A DNA stretch of 64,000 bases from Octopus sinensis (taxonomy: Eukaryota): positions 83,390,001 through 83,454,000 of the forward strand of contig NC_043005.1 in the NCBI RefSeq assembly GCF_006345805.1. Reading direction: 5' to 3'. The notes below the pieces were generated by a model. The model saw only the letters and a list, made by a program, of their open reading frames with translations. It ran no database searches and had not been told where the DNA came from. Of this stretch, positions 11,692 through 52,172 are shown piece by piece. Within the stretch, counting starts at the first letter, position 1. Each line of letters opens with the position of its first letter. A program made the translations under genes and the position numbers.

Positions 11692-13351
11692 CTTCCTAAT
11701 ACCAACCACCTCACAGCATGTGCTGGTGCTTTTTTCATGGTACCAGCACTATTAAGGTCATCATGCACATTCCATGACTAAAACTCAAAGTGGGGTGACT
11801 TTATACTAGAAAATGAGGACTTAAAGTATGAGAGACGAGGTCAGAGCAGAACAGGTTTCTTGCTGTAGAAGAGCTACATGACTACTCACATTTGAGAAGA
11901 GAGGGCAAGTGTGATCAGATGGAGCTGGAAAGAGATAAGAAATAGTGGTGATGAGGTGTCTCTGTGAACCTTCAAGGTATGAAGTGAGTAGAATCAAGTG
12001 GGGACAGAGGAACAAGGAGTGTGGGTAGGTGGGGATTTGCAAGTATGTATGGAGGGGGGTGAGAGATGAGGAATGGGGGAGGGGAGGGGAGGTGGGCAAC
12101 AACTGTAAAGCCTGGGTAGGGTTGGAGCGTGGAGGTAGTGAATAGTGGATAAGGGGTGAGAATAATTAGTTGTGGGGTGTAGGAGGAAAAAGAAATGTTA
12201 ACAGTCTTTGTTCTATTTGTATTTATATTTGATCGTGCTCAGCCAACTGTATTTCTGTGGTTTTCTAACTCAATGTAATGAAGAAGAATGCTGTCATACA
12301 AAGTTATAAGATATGTTGCATGAAGGGCAATGACATAGACAATTAAGTAATCTCTCATAATATAACTTGGTTTATAACAAATGAAAGAGCCTCTACATGG
12401 TTGCTTGAACTGCTAGAAGTAGCAACCAAATTTCCTTCAATTCACTTCCTACCATCTTAAAAAGAAAAGGAGACATTAATAAGGTAGTTATATATGTATT
12501 ATCATGTACTTTTTGCCTTGATTGAGTCACTGGACTGTGGCCATGCTGGGGTACCACCTTGAAGGGTTTAGTCAAACAAATCCACCCAGTACTTATTTTT
12601 TTTTAAAGTTTGGTACTTATTCTATTCTATTTGCTAATCACTAATTCACAGGACATAAACAAACCAACATCAGTTGTTAAGTGGTGTGAGGGACAAATAC
12701 AAACACAGACATGCACATACATGCTTACATATACATACATACATACATGCAACAGGCTTCCACACAGTTTCCTTCAGCCAAATTCACTCAGAGGCTATGG
12801 AGTAAGACACTTGCACAGTGGGATTGAACCTGAAGCAGAGTGGTTGCAAAGTAAGCTTTTTAACCACAAAGCCATCCCTGAGTGATATCTGTAAACAAAA
12901 AACACTGAGAGAGTAAATGTTGAAACACCTTTCACCATAGCCCCACTTTTTTTTTTTTATCAAGCTTGAGCTGAAGCGAAACAACAACAACCCTGGAGGA
13001 GAATAAACTAATGAAAAATCCTCTAAGCAATCAATTGATTTGTTAGAAATAGCAGCTTAATCTTCCTCAAACCACACCCTACTATTTTAAAAATGAATAG
13101 ACACAATGGTTAAAGTACTCCTAGATACACTACATCTGAAAAAAAAAATAGAGATATAGATGGTCACTGCTGGAACTGTTTTTTGTAATATCTCTGCTTT
13201 ACCAGGGTTGCGCTAGGACCAACAAAAAGCCTGGAGAGAGGGGACAGGCAAAGTTGACCCCTAAAGAGTAGGATTGATCTCAGAACAAAGAAAGACAAGA
13301 GTAAATTCTTTAAGATATTTAATCTGGAAGTTTGCCATTTTTGCCGCAACT

Positions 13352-40586
<27,235 letters not shown>

Positions 40587-40713
40587 CGTTATTATTTTGT
40601 TTTCCGAGTTTCCCTGTATTTGTTTTCTTGTCGAAGTCGGGAGGACAAAGACATGTGAAAGAAGAAAGTGAGGGTTTTAAGGGGTTCTCTACCGCTGGCA
40701 AGGAAGGGTTGGT

Positions 40714-40721
40714 TATTTATA
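40714..40721 (-). promoter_or_regulatory. TATA box (TATAAATA) for the Ly6/quiver-like gene
   Basis: Canonical TATAAATA on - strand in unique sequence, upstream of a 5' UTR and the signal-peptide exon. Confidence 0.65.
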
Positions 40722-42760
40722 GCGTGTGGAGTGAGTTGATTGTATTTTTCCGTTTGTTTTGTTTTGATTTTTACTGGAACATGTGCATCAGTACTACATT
40801 TAATAATTTCTCGTAAGGACAGGGAAAAACTGCATTAATATTTTTTTACAAAAGAATTTTGCAATTCTATCGAAGTATTATCGTCATCACTAATATTTAT
40901 ATATACAGATGTGTGTGTGTGCGCGCGCGCTTTTCGCTTATTTTATTGTTTTCGCAACATTTACTGGGGAAGCCTGTGGATTCTTCAAATATGTTTTCTA
41001 ATTAAAGCTACCATCACCACCACTTCGGCATTCATCAACAAGTGTTATGTAGTTAGGTTTAGTTGCTGTAAGACTGGCTATATATATATATATACATATA
41101 TGTATATATTTTTTCTACTAGTTTCAGCTCAGAGCTGCGGCCATGCTAATGCACCGCCGTTATATACACTTACTCTGTGTGCGTGTATGTGTGTTTATGT
41201 AGAGGCAATCACTAAAGAGAAATGATGTGAAGTTTTGCTGTTGCTGTCCTACGTAGTAAATATGATAATAAACAATTCATTGAATGGGTGATTTTCAGCA
41301 GACAAGAAACAACGCAACAACAAGCAAACACGTATTACACATATACGCACGCACGCTACACGCGCACATACTCACATACGTGTGCGTGTGTGTGAGCTAA
41401 TCAATGAAAAAACAGATACTATTTGAGCCAATGAGAAAAAGATTAAAGTATTTCTAGCCAATGGAAAACAAGAAAATACTTTGCTTTTTATTATTTTTTT
41501 TTTCAATTTGACCAATGCAACTCACTCACACACGCAAAGATACACACACACACACACACATACACAAACGTGCTCATGTTCTAGACAAAAAGAGAAAGAG
41601 AAATCGATGAAAAACCATGAAATGTTTTATTTTGCTATTAGCTTTTATCCGAGGCACAAATGATGGGAATATTTGCTGAAAAAGTAGAAATAAAAATATA
41701 CATATATATAAAGCTGCACACACGATGTATGAAAAAAAGGGGTGGGAGAGAAAAATAAACCCAGACAGACTGGGGGGTGAGTTGCAGAAGATAGAGAGAG
41801 GTGCAGTGGAGAGGGTCATGTGAAATAACTGAGGAAAGAGAAAGAAAATGAGAGATACAAGATTGGAGAGAGACAAAGGGTAGTTGCATGTCTAGACATG
41901 TGTTTATGTATGTATGTATGATTTTTCTTAGAGTTTAAGTTCTTGAAAGAGTTCAAACTGGTCGATAACAAAGCAACAAGACTTTGGTATGTCTTACAGA
42001 TCTTCACTGTGCTACCAGTAGATTGAATTTGGAGAATCTGCGTTAATTTCTTTTGTTCTTTTATGTATTATGTACATATGTATGTATTATTTTTATCTAT
42101 TTTATTTTATCTAGTTTCAGCTCACGAGCTGTGGCCATGCTGGGGCACCGCTATTTTTAAAAGTGGTGAAAGAGTACAGCAGGGATCACCACCCCCTGCC
42201 GGAGCCTCGTGGAGCTTTTTTAGGTGTTTTCGCTCAATAAACGCACACATCGCCCGGTCTGGGAATCGAAACCGCGATCCTACGACCGCGAGTTCACTGC
42301 CCTGTCAGACAAGGGAGGGTCACTGCTTGAAACTTTCGCAGATCGTGTTAGATTAGCGAAATCAATGAACTTGGTGTTTAATTTGAACACCCAAAGGGAA
42401 AACACTGAAGGGAGAATCCCTGCTGGCACATTGGTGGGGTAGAAAATTGAAGGATAGATAGATTTGATAAGGGACATAAGAGTTAGGAAACTACAGAATG
42501 GAAGAACCAAAGAGTAACTCCCAGATGGAGGTTGTATGCTGACACCTAGTTCAGAAGTGCGAGACTGTTGTCGTGGTAAAACGGATAAAATGGAAACAGG
42601 TCCACGAAATGGATATCACTGCATACTGTTGAGTTAATCCTTATAAGTCTTAGGGACTTCTTTTCAGTGGATATTAAAGGGAAAATAGAATCGGTTTTAC
42701 AGCAAAATTTTCAAAATAGCAACATTTTCACAATGCCCTGGAGTGTGCCTGTACATACCA

Positions 42761-42892
42761 CCTGACATCCATATAAGATGTCTATATGTAACTCCTGGCA
42801 TCCATGTAGACTGCCTGTATGTTGTTCCTGGCTGCCATGTAAGATGTCTATATGTAGCTTCTGACATCCATGTAGGATGTCTGTATGTAGCT
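42761..42892. repeat. 33-bp minisatellite, 4 units
   Basis: Units start at 42761, 42794, 42827 and 42860; consensus CCTGGCATCCATGTAGGATGTCTGTATGTAGCT. Confidence 0.9.
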
Positions 42893-42979
42893 CGTGTCAC
42901 TCCTGGCAGTCATGCGGGAAGCTGTAGGTATATAGTAGTTTTGTAGTATACCTGTGTGTGTGTGTGTGTGGTTTCTAGA

Positions 42980-44090
42980 ATAAGGACAGGCTGGGCAAAG
43001 TTTAGAGAGTTTCTACTGTTAGCAACTAAGGGACTCAGTGAAAGTCAGCTTGCATGATACTTGTGTATGTACAGCTATGTTACATAGCAGTGACACACGG
43101 ACTTTGACAACAGAGGATTTGAGAAGGCTTGAAAGAAATGAAGCTGGCATGCTCCGCTGGGTGGGTGGCGAGATGGCAGATTCGTTAGCATGCTGAGCGA
43201 AATGCGTAGCCGTATTTCGTCTGCTGTTATGTCCCGAGTTCAAATTCAGCTGAGGTCAACTTTGCCTTTCATCCTTTCGGTGTCGATAAATTAAGTACCA
43301 GTTGCACAATGGGGTCGATGTAATCGACTTAATCCGTTTGTCTGTCCTTATTTGTCCCCTCTGTGTGTAGCCCCTTGTGGGTAGTAAAGAAATAGGTATT
43401 TGGTCTGCCGTTACGTTCTGAGTTCAAATTCCGCCGAGGTCGACTTTGCCTTTCATCCTTTCGGGGTCGATAAATTAAGTACCAGTTATGCACTGGGGTT
43501 GATATAATCGACTTAATCCATATGTTTGTCCCCTCTGTGTTTAGCCCCTTGTGGGTAGTAAAGAAATAAATATCAGTGTGCATGCACGACAGAGTGTAGA
43601 TATGATTTCAGAGGAAAACTAAGTATTAGAAGCATCAGATATTGTGTGCAAGATAGAAGACTGCGCTGGTTTGGTCATGTGATGCCTATGGATGAGGACA
43701 ACTGCGTAAAAAAGTGCAGGGCTCTAGTTGTGAAGGGTACCCGTGGAAGGGGTAGATTTAGGAAGACGTAGAATGAAGTAGTGAGAAAGGATATTCAGAT
43801 GCTAGGCCTCACTGAGAAAATGACGAAACCAGGAGATGTGGCGATTTGCTGTACTTTATAGGAGACGTTAAACTAAGTATTGTTGTCTTCTACATATACA
43901 AGCTTGTCCTTTCAGGTGTCGGTGCTGCATAAATACACCTGTGCTGGCAGCATGTAAAAAGCACACAGCACATTGTTAAGTGGTTGGTGTTAGGAAGGTT
44001 ATCCAGCCGAAGAAACCATGCCATAACAGACAATTGGAGTTTGGACAGCTCCATGTCAAACCGTCAAATCCATGCCAGCATGGAAAGCGG
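42980..44090 (+). mobile_element. RTE LINE 3' fragment interrupted by a tandem pair of family-B SINEs (~43160-43570)
   Basis: gctgggcaaagtttagagag...GLSVKVSL.DTCV, ending in the family UTR; SINE head at 43163. Confidence 0.8.
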
Positions 44091-45779
44091 TAAGAAGACG
44101 GTGAAAGAGTCTATAGCCACTGAAGTGAGAAGTAAGTTCATAGACACGAGAGAAAGATGAGAATACCAGTTCGTAGTCAATCGTACACGGTAGTTGAAAT
44201 ACTCTATCAAGAAGTCACGGCCATGGTACTGTGCCGGTTACAGGTACATGTTGTATGTGAAGTTGTGGCTATGATGCTGCTTCCTGGGTCATTTGATACA
44301 GGAGTTCTTGCAGTGTGTATATTTGCTGTTGATCTATGGTGAAGTAATTCATGAACAGGGAAGTGTTGGAACCTGGGTGAATTGCTTGCTGAGCTGTGTA
44401 CATAGAGAGATGATGTTGGCGACGTTAAGAAGGACATGATGGTAGAGATGAAGAAGGAGGTTGCCATAATGCTGTTGGACGAAGTTGGTGAGTCTCAACG
44501 TAGCTGCTGTGGTGGTGTTGTCTGGCGTAGTTGCTGGAACTGGCTATGTCTTAGTGGTCAGTGGCTAGACCTTAAAAGGTCTAGAACCAAAGACCCCGGG
44601 ACGAGGAAAAGTGGAGCTCTTTATAAGGAGCAGTAGGCTCAAAACGGGGTGGTAAACAGACTGTCCCGCGTGATCCTATTTAGGGCCTCTGACTGGTTAT
44701 TCGTGGCCGTTGGCACAATCAAGTAAGAGACAAATTGCGCCAATACCAACCAATCAGAGTAGTGGACACAACGGAATCCAAACAGCGGTCAAAGGCTAGC
44801 TGTTCCCTGCTACATTCTAATGCACTTATATATAATAAATGGGAGAGAGGGATTTCTGTGGTGTAGGCACTCACCTCTAAAAATGAGAAGGACTGAAAGA
44901 AGGAGCTAACTACCTCTTCTCACAGAAAAACTGATATGCAAGAGAAGAAAGTGAAACACTGTGAAAAAAAAAGAGAAGAATGTTTGTAGCATATTGTGAA
45001 ACAATAGCAACAATATTACAGAAAATATAAAATTTGCCAATAGTTGAAAGCTTGTATTTAGTTACTCTGCTGGGTCTGCTAGTTAGTATTAGATCATAAT
45101 CGTTACTTTTCATCCACTAGCTAAGCTGTTAAAAATGTTATTTACTCAGACAGTAAAAGATACTTCTGCCAGTGGTAGATCAAAGATGGTATGGGGAAAG
45201 TTGCTGTATGCCTATATCAAATTTTGAGATTTCACTGTGGTCAACTTATTTTGATTCTAAGAGATTCAACGTTGTTCTCTCATCCCCTTTTGATATCAAC
45301 CCTCTTGAAACTGTCCCTTGTTCTATGATATTTCATATTGTTTTACCTGAAATTAAAACTTACCGTCAGAATTTCATGTTTATGTTCCAAATACCAAAGG
45401 CAAAGTTATTTCACCAAATTCTTCTGTATTTAAAAAAATTAATCTTAACAATATCACTATATTTCAACAGATATACGGTAATGAAAGGGTTAACTCTTTT
45501 GATACTATTTCACCTAAAGCTGCTCTTGGTTTTATGATACTACATGTTCTAAATTGATACAAAATTAAAACAATCCGTCAAAATTTCATGTTTATGTTCC
45601 AAACACCATCTTAATAATGGTAAAGTTAATTTACTAAATTCTTCATTATTTAAAAAATTTATTGAAACAAACGAATTCTATTTGTACAGAAAATATGGTA
45701 ACAAAAGAGTCAAGCATTGATTCAGAATTCTCTTCAAGGCCGGTAGCAAGGTTTCGTGTTTGCCATGTTTGTCTCAAAG

Positions 45780-46424
45780 CAGTAGTTCACAACCGGGGTC
45801 AGTATGGCCTTTAGAGGTCCATCTAAGATATTGCTATTAAAATTTATGTGCAATAAATTGGAAATACCTCTACAAAAGAATAAAAGAATGCACAAAATAT
45901 TTTAACGGTTTTCATACAATTCCTAATATCTATATATATAAAGCTGAAGTTGTCTGTGTACGGCAGGTTTGGTAGCCTTCAACTAATACTATCTCCTCCG
46001 AGACCCTGCGGCGCAATTTGCCCAAAATTGAGAGTATGATAGAAGAAGGCTTGCTCTACATTCCGTAGAAGATAAAATTCAAATTGGACCACGTTAACAC
46101 CAAAAATAATTTACATCAAAAAGGTGCTTTTTTTTCTATGAAAATCCCTATTTTTTACAATTTTTTTACTGTTGTGTCGCCATTTTTCGGTGTATTTCAA
46201 CCAGAAAAATGTTCACTCAAAGAGAATAACAAACTACATAATGCAAAAGTTTTACTTTTCAAAAGTTCCAATTCTAAAGGGTCAAAACAAACCTGAGCAA
46301 TGCCAGGCGATACTGCTAGTTTAATTATAAAAATATAATAGGCCTTTTTAAAACTTCAAATAGCTATGGAAGTCCACCCAAATAAAATAGGGGTCCATAG
46401 GCAAAAAATGGTTGAGACTCACTG
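45780..46424. mobile_element. hAT-type MITE (CAGTRGTTC..AACC...GGTTGAGA.TCACTG ends) hosting a Helitron
   Basis: Imperfect 15-bp TIRs at 45780-45794 and 46410-46424; 8-bp TSD not preserved. Confidence 0.5.
45929..46319 (+). mobile_element. Non-autonomous Helitron
   Basis: Inserted between A (45928) and T (46320); starts TC, ends CTAG; subterminal hairpin CCTG-AGCAATGC-CAGG ~10 nt before the end. Confidence 0.75.
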
Positions 46425-47287
46425 TGTGGTTCAGTAAGGTCATGTCAGAATGGATACGGAAAAAGTTTCATGGTTTTTAAACTTGAAAATATTTGACTGG
46501 ATGGTGATTCCTTTTCATTGCAGACACTGCTGAGACTGGTGGATATTATCAGAAAGAAATATTAGAACTAGAATATAGTAAAGAGAGGAAAGAGAATTTT
46601 AGTGGTGACAACTTTGAAAAAGTTCTAGCAAAATGGTTGAGAATCATGCTGGATCTCTTAAATGAATCTGGCATAGTCTCATAATGATGGGAGACAGTTT
46701 TGAACGGAAATTATTTGGACTAGAATAGACACATTTGTTGCAAATATTACTGATAAAATGTATCCCGTTATTATTAGACACCCTGTAGGATAGATAAATA
46801 AAAAGAATTGCCATGTGCTCGACAGTAGTACATCCATTCAACTCATATGAATACAGAGTGAAAATGAAAATCAAAAGAAAAACCATGTTGAAACGATTAT
46901 GTTTGTTGTAATAATGATGGGGATCTGACATAGAACAGGTCAAACAACTATATAGAATCAGTGTTTCTGGTTTATCAGTTGTTATGTTGGGATTTTTTTT
47001 TTTTTCAATTTTATCCTATTTTATAATATTTTTAGTCAATTTTTATTGCCATTCATCTATATTTAGTACTACAGTCTGTCTGCTTGCCACCATCCATCAC
47101 ACTTTCCTCCTTTTACTTCCGGTGATAAATCAATTTATCGAAAGAAATATAATGTTAGGAATACAGTGTGTGTGTCTGTGTATGTATGTATTCACACACG
47201 CACATGTGTGTGTGTGTGTATATATATATATATACGTGTTTGTGCCTTACATATATATATATATATACACACACATATACATACATA

Positions 47288-47332
<45 letters not shown>

Positions 47333-47619
47333 CACACATATACATACATACATATATATATATATATACATATATACATGCATATATATATATATATACA
47401 TATATACATGCATTATATATATATATAATACATATACATTATATATATATATATATATATACATATACATTATATATATATATAATATATATATATATAT
47501 ATAATATATATATACATATATATATATATACAATACATATATACATATACATATATACATACATATATATACATATATATATATTACATATATATATATA
47601 TATATATACATATATTATA

Positions 47620-48024
47620 GTGACGTTATTTTTGCCATTTCAATATGGCTAACCCCTAAGGGTGGATGCTACTGTAGTTTTTAGCCCCAGGAGGGCACAC
47701 TCCTCCAGCTGGCCATAGACACACTTTCTGTGTCCTGTCAGTATTTGCAAAGGGAAGTCATCCTTCCCGTCTTCAACTTATGATACACACGGACTCGAGT
47801 TTCGAGGTATTGACCTCTCGTCAGCGTGTGACAATCATAGTTGTCGACGAGAATTAGATTTCCTTCACAAATACTTATACTTTTTCCAGCGTCCACTGTC
47901 GCTGATATTGAAAAAGTGAAATCAAACAATGATAAATATCAAAGTGAGTTATATACAGTAGCGGTAACACATCGTGACGTATTTTTGCCATTTCAATATG
48001 GCTAACCCCTAAGGGTGGATGCTA
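47620..48024 (-). mobile_element. Retrozyme-like / Penelope pLTR-like element (354-bp unit + ~52-bp terminal direct repeat) carrying the hammerhead
   Basis: Direct repeats at 47620-47671 and 47974-48024 (identical apart from a 1-nt indel); hammerhead in between; flanked on both sides by (TA)n-rich microsatellite. Confidence 0.7.
47779..47839 (-). ncRNA. Minimal type I hammerhead ribozyme
   Basis: RNA: UAUGAU-UGU-CACACG CUGACGA GAGG-UCAAUA-CCUC GAAA C-UCGA-G UC^ CGUGUG-U-AUCAUA. Intact CUGANGA/GAAA/UH core; stem I 6 bp plus a 6-bp extension; stem II 4 bp; stem III with palindromic UCGA loop; GUC cleavage triplet (cut after 47792). Confidence 0.88.
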
Positions 48025-48508
48025 TATATATATATATATATATACATATATACCATATATATATACATATATTATACATATATCATATATATATATATAT
48101 ATATATCATATACATATTATATATATCACATATATCTATATACATAATATATATATATATACATATATATATACATATATATATATATACATATACATAT
48201 ATACATATACATATATATATATCAATATATATATATCATATATATATATACATATATATATACATATATATATATACATATATATATATACATATATATA
48301 TATACACTATATACATATATATAATATATACATATATACATATACATATATACATATATAACATATACCAATATATACATATATTAATCATACATATATA
48401 TATATATACATATATATATATATTACATATCTCTATGACATATATACATATATACATCTACATATATACATTACATATATATATACATATATATATATAC
48501 ATATATAC

Positions 48509-48541
<33 letters not shown>

Positions 48542-48984
48542 CATATATATATTATATATATAATAATATATATATATATATATATATACATATATAAATA
48601 CATACATATATATAATATATATATATACATACATACATATATATATACTATATATATATACTACATATATATATATATATACATACATATATATATATAT
48701 ATACATACTATATATATATAATACATATATATACATATATACATATAATATACTATATACATACATCCATATATATATTACATACATATATTACATCATA
48801 CATTATATATCTACATACATATATATATATACATACATATACATATATACCATACATACATATATACATACATACATATATATATACATACATATATATA
48901 TATATACATACATATATATATATATATATACATATATACATATATATATATATACATATATACATAATATATATATATATATAT

Positions 48985-49029
<45 letters not shown>

Positions 49030-49719
49030 AAGGCACAAACACGATCCCTTTTTGTTGCATATTTTATGGAGGTAGTTTTCTTTTTGTCCCCACCTCACAC
49101 ACACACACTATGACATTTTTCTAATGGCTTTTTACGTATCGGGGCGATCAATAAAATCATATAGCATCGCTTATTCTTGCTGGTCCGTGTCATTGAAGTA
49201 TTTGTTTGGATAAAACATAATACACGTTGTAGAAAAATCATGCAACACAAAGAGATTGAGTACAAAAATCTTTTCCTTTCTCATTGCTTTACATAATTAC
49301 AAAAATCAATAGACGTATTTCATGTTTATTTATTTGATTATTGTAATTTTTTTCGTTTGTTTTTTGTCTCCCCAAATAATTGATATACTATTTTTATATA
49401 TTTGTTTCCACCCAGAAAAATAATACCGTGATAAATTAAATAAATAAATAAAAACATGTTCTTTCGTAATAAGAAATGAATAATTAGTATAATTCATTTT
49501 ACAGTGGATTGACAAAAGTTCATGGTCAAAATAAAATGGCTCAGTGGTTAGAGCGTCAAGCTCACAATCATGAGGTTGTGAGTTTGATTTCCGGACATGA
49601 AATTTTTTTTTTTTTTTCTCATGCAAGAAAACTCATTTGCATACACCCAATCATAGCTCACCTTGACCATGTCAAGTTAACAAAGGTTAGCATTCAAATG
49701 GCGACCTCCGACTGGCATG

Positions 49720-51230
49720 CGAATCTTGTATGGTGCTCTCATTCAGATGCTAATATCATCGATGGCGAACACATACGCTGACTTTGTGCTGTCCCTGACG
49801 ACGACTCCACAGAGTCTAATGATCAGGAGAATGAAAATGATGAAGCTGACTGCAAGGATATGGGGATTTCAGATAGTAAACACAATGATGTGGCAAATAC
49901 ACGGCTAGAAAGTTTACACTTGCAACGCTCTCTTCAAAACCAATTTGATATACGGCAAAATATTGATACATGCGGTTGCACATCATTATCAAGTGCTGAG
50001 GATGGAAGTGACCCAATAATCAATGGGCTAAACAAAGCATTTCTTGCTTTACAACAAAGTTATGTTCAAGACAAAGAATTCCTTGGGGGACCAGTGAAAA
50101 CATTCACCAAGCAACTTCTGGAACAGATACTGTGTTAGCTTCCGCGCTTCACTGCTTTGGTCGGTACTCTGGTGTGGCACATGCTCTTGGCAAGAAAAAA
50201 CGAAGATCTCTTGTGCGAAAGCTTTTTCTCACAAATGAAAATCTGTAGTCAGTATGAAGACAATTGGTGTGCAACCAACTGCAGCATCCAGGAGAAAGAT
50301 GGTTGGTGATGACGGAAACCACATTGGTGCTAGCAGACCGTTGAAGGATTGTTTGAAAAGTGTGAAAGGAAAGGTGCTGTTCAGCTCTCAGATTATACCT
50401 AGATGCAAAGCCCAACATAACATTTGTGAATGTGTTAAAAACAACCAATCTCTTGGTAAAACACACTCTACCAAGTAAACTCAAGATGAAGAACGATGTT
50501 GTAAGTCGACCGATTGCGAAGTTATGCCTGATTTTAGGAGACAGGTAATTAGATAGATTTATTTGCAAGTTTACACAAGGACTTCATCATGATAGTTCTC
50601 ATTTTCACTCTAATATAGCTCATAGAATGAGAGAAAGAAAGCAAGCTGTCTCAGTGCATCGCTTGAGATGATCGCAGTGCTGAAATGCAAAAACTTGATG
50701 TGCAATACACCAAACTGCACAGGGATGCAAACTCTGGCTGCATCGCCGATAGAGCTTTGCTGTCGCCACTCATAAGAATTCCAACTGAGATGGGCGTCCT
50801 GCAAAGAGATGGTATGTCTTCAGAGATATTGACTGAATAGGTGGCATGAACATCAATGGCGAACTTACGAAACCTCCGTTTAGCAGATGACACCATAATC
50901 ATCGCTAAAACCACAGATAAGTTTTGATGACAGAGCTGAACATAGTTCAGTTATAGGTCTATCTGTGCTCTTATACGCAAGTAAGATGTGAGCTACTGCA
51001 AAGAGGCAAGAACATCGATTGGTTATGGAGCAAAGAGTCACGGTAAGATCCATGTAAGGAATATCATTACGAGAGCTTATTCAATGGAGCGGAGTAAATA
51101 ATGTGATCTCAAAATATGGAAAGTAGAAGCTGAGCTGGACATGTTGCAAGGTTCACAGACAACAGGTGGACCCATGCAAGTGATTGGAAAAGGACATTTG
51201 AAACGACTCCATGACAACAGGAAGAAGATT
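49720..51230 (+). mobile_element. Highly degenerate, internally deleted RTE-like LINE (endonuclease and RT remnants)
   Basis: VGDDGNHIG (GDFNAxIG-like); GVLQRDGMS; NINGE-LRNLRLADDTIIIAK; VLLYASK; FTDNRWTH. Confidence 0.55.
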
Positions 51231-51304
51231 TAGTTAAGCGATTTGGGACAAGGTGGATAAGAATGGTGCAATGAAAATAAAGCCTTGTACTTATTCTCTC
51301 CCTC

Positions 51305-51352
<48 letters not shown>

Positions 51353-51366
51353 ATATATATATATAT

Positions 51367-52113
51367 GACTGCGCTGGTATGGTCATGTGGCAAGAATGGA
51401 TGAGGACAGCTGTGTGAAAAAGTGCCACAGCCTAGCGGTTGAGGGAACCTGTGGAAAAGGTAGACCCAGGAAGACCTGGGATAAAGTGGTGAAGCACGAC
51501 CTTCGAACTTTAGGCCTCACCAAGGAAATGACTAGTGACCGAGACCTTTGGAAATATGCCATGCGTGAGAAGACCCAGCAAGCCAAATGAAACCATAATC
51601 TGATGGCCTATGCAAGGGGCATAACCAGCCCACTTATGTGTACCTTTTCCTTCTTTGGACACTAAAACTCTGCTTGCGAAGACCTGTTGAGGCAAGTGAA
51701 ATCAATCAAAATCAAAATCGATGACTGGTGTCCGTGCTAGCAGGGTGCAAAGAGCACCATACGAGCGTGATCATTGACAGAGTGGCTAACTGGCTTCTGT
51801 GCCAGTTGCATGTAAAAGTGCACCATTTGAGTGTAATTGTTACCAGCGTCACCTTACTGGTACCTGTGCTGGTGGCATGTGTAAAAAGATTCGAGCGAGG
51901 TCGTTGCCAGTACTGCCTGACTGGCCCCCATGCCGGTGGCACGTAAAAAGCACCCACTACACTCTCGGAGTGATTGGCGTTAGGAAGGGCATCCAGCTGT
52001 AGAAATTCTGCCAAATCAAGATTGGAGCCTGGTACAGCAATCTGGTTCGCCAGCCCTCAGTCAAAATCGTCCAACCCATGCTAGCATGGAAAGCAGACGT
52101 TAAACAATGATGA

Positions 52114-52117
<4 letters not shown>
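51367..52117 (+). mobile_element. RTE LINE 3' fragment with UTR and (GAT)n tail
   Basis: RLRWYGHVARMDEDSCVKKCHSLAVEGTCGKGRPRKTWDKVVKHDLRTLGL. Confidence 0.9.

Positions 52118-52172
<55 letters not shown>

Larger units (their letters stand above)
47160..49023. repeat. Compound (TA)n/(TACA)n microsatellite array split by the hammerhead element
   Basis: Direct inspection. Confidence 0.95.

Noticed and set aside
46984-49104. Many 60-220-aa Tyr/Ile-rich ORFs
   Set aside because: They are translations of (TA)n/(TACA)n repeats; the same applies to YI/VC-rich ORFs elsewhere (e.g. 843-1171, 60025-60334).
49535-49600. tRNA-like sequence (ggctcagtggttagagcg...gagtttgatttcc)
   Set aside because: No pairing acceptor stem and a degenerate T-loop; similar heads occur at ~3.5 kb and ~38.6 kb, so it is a SINE head rather than a tRNA gene.
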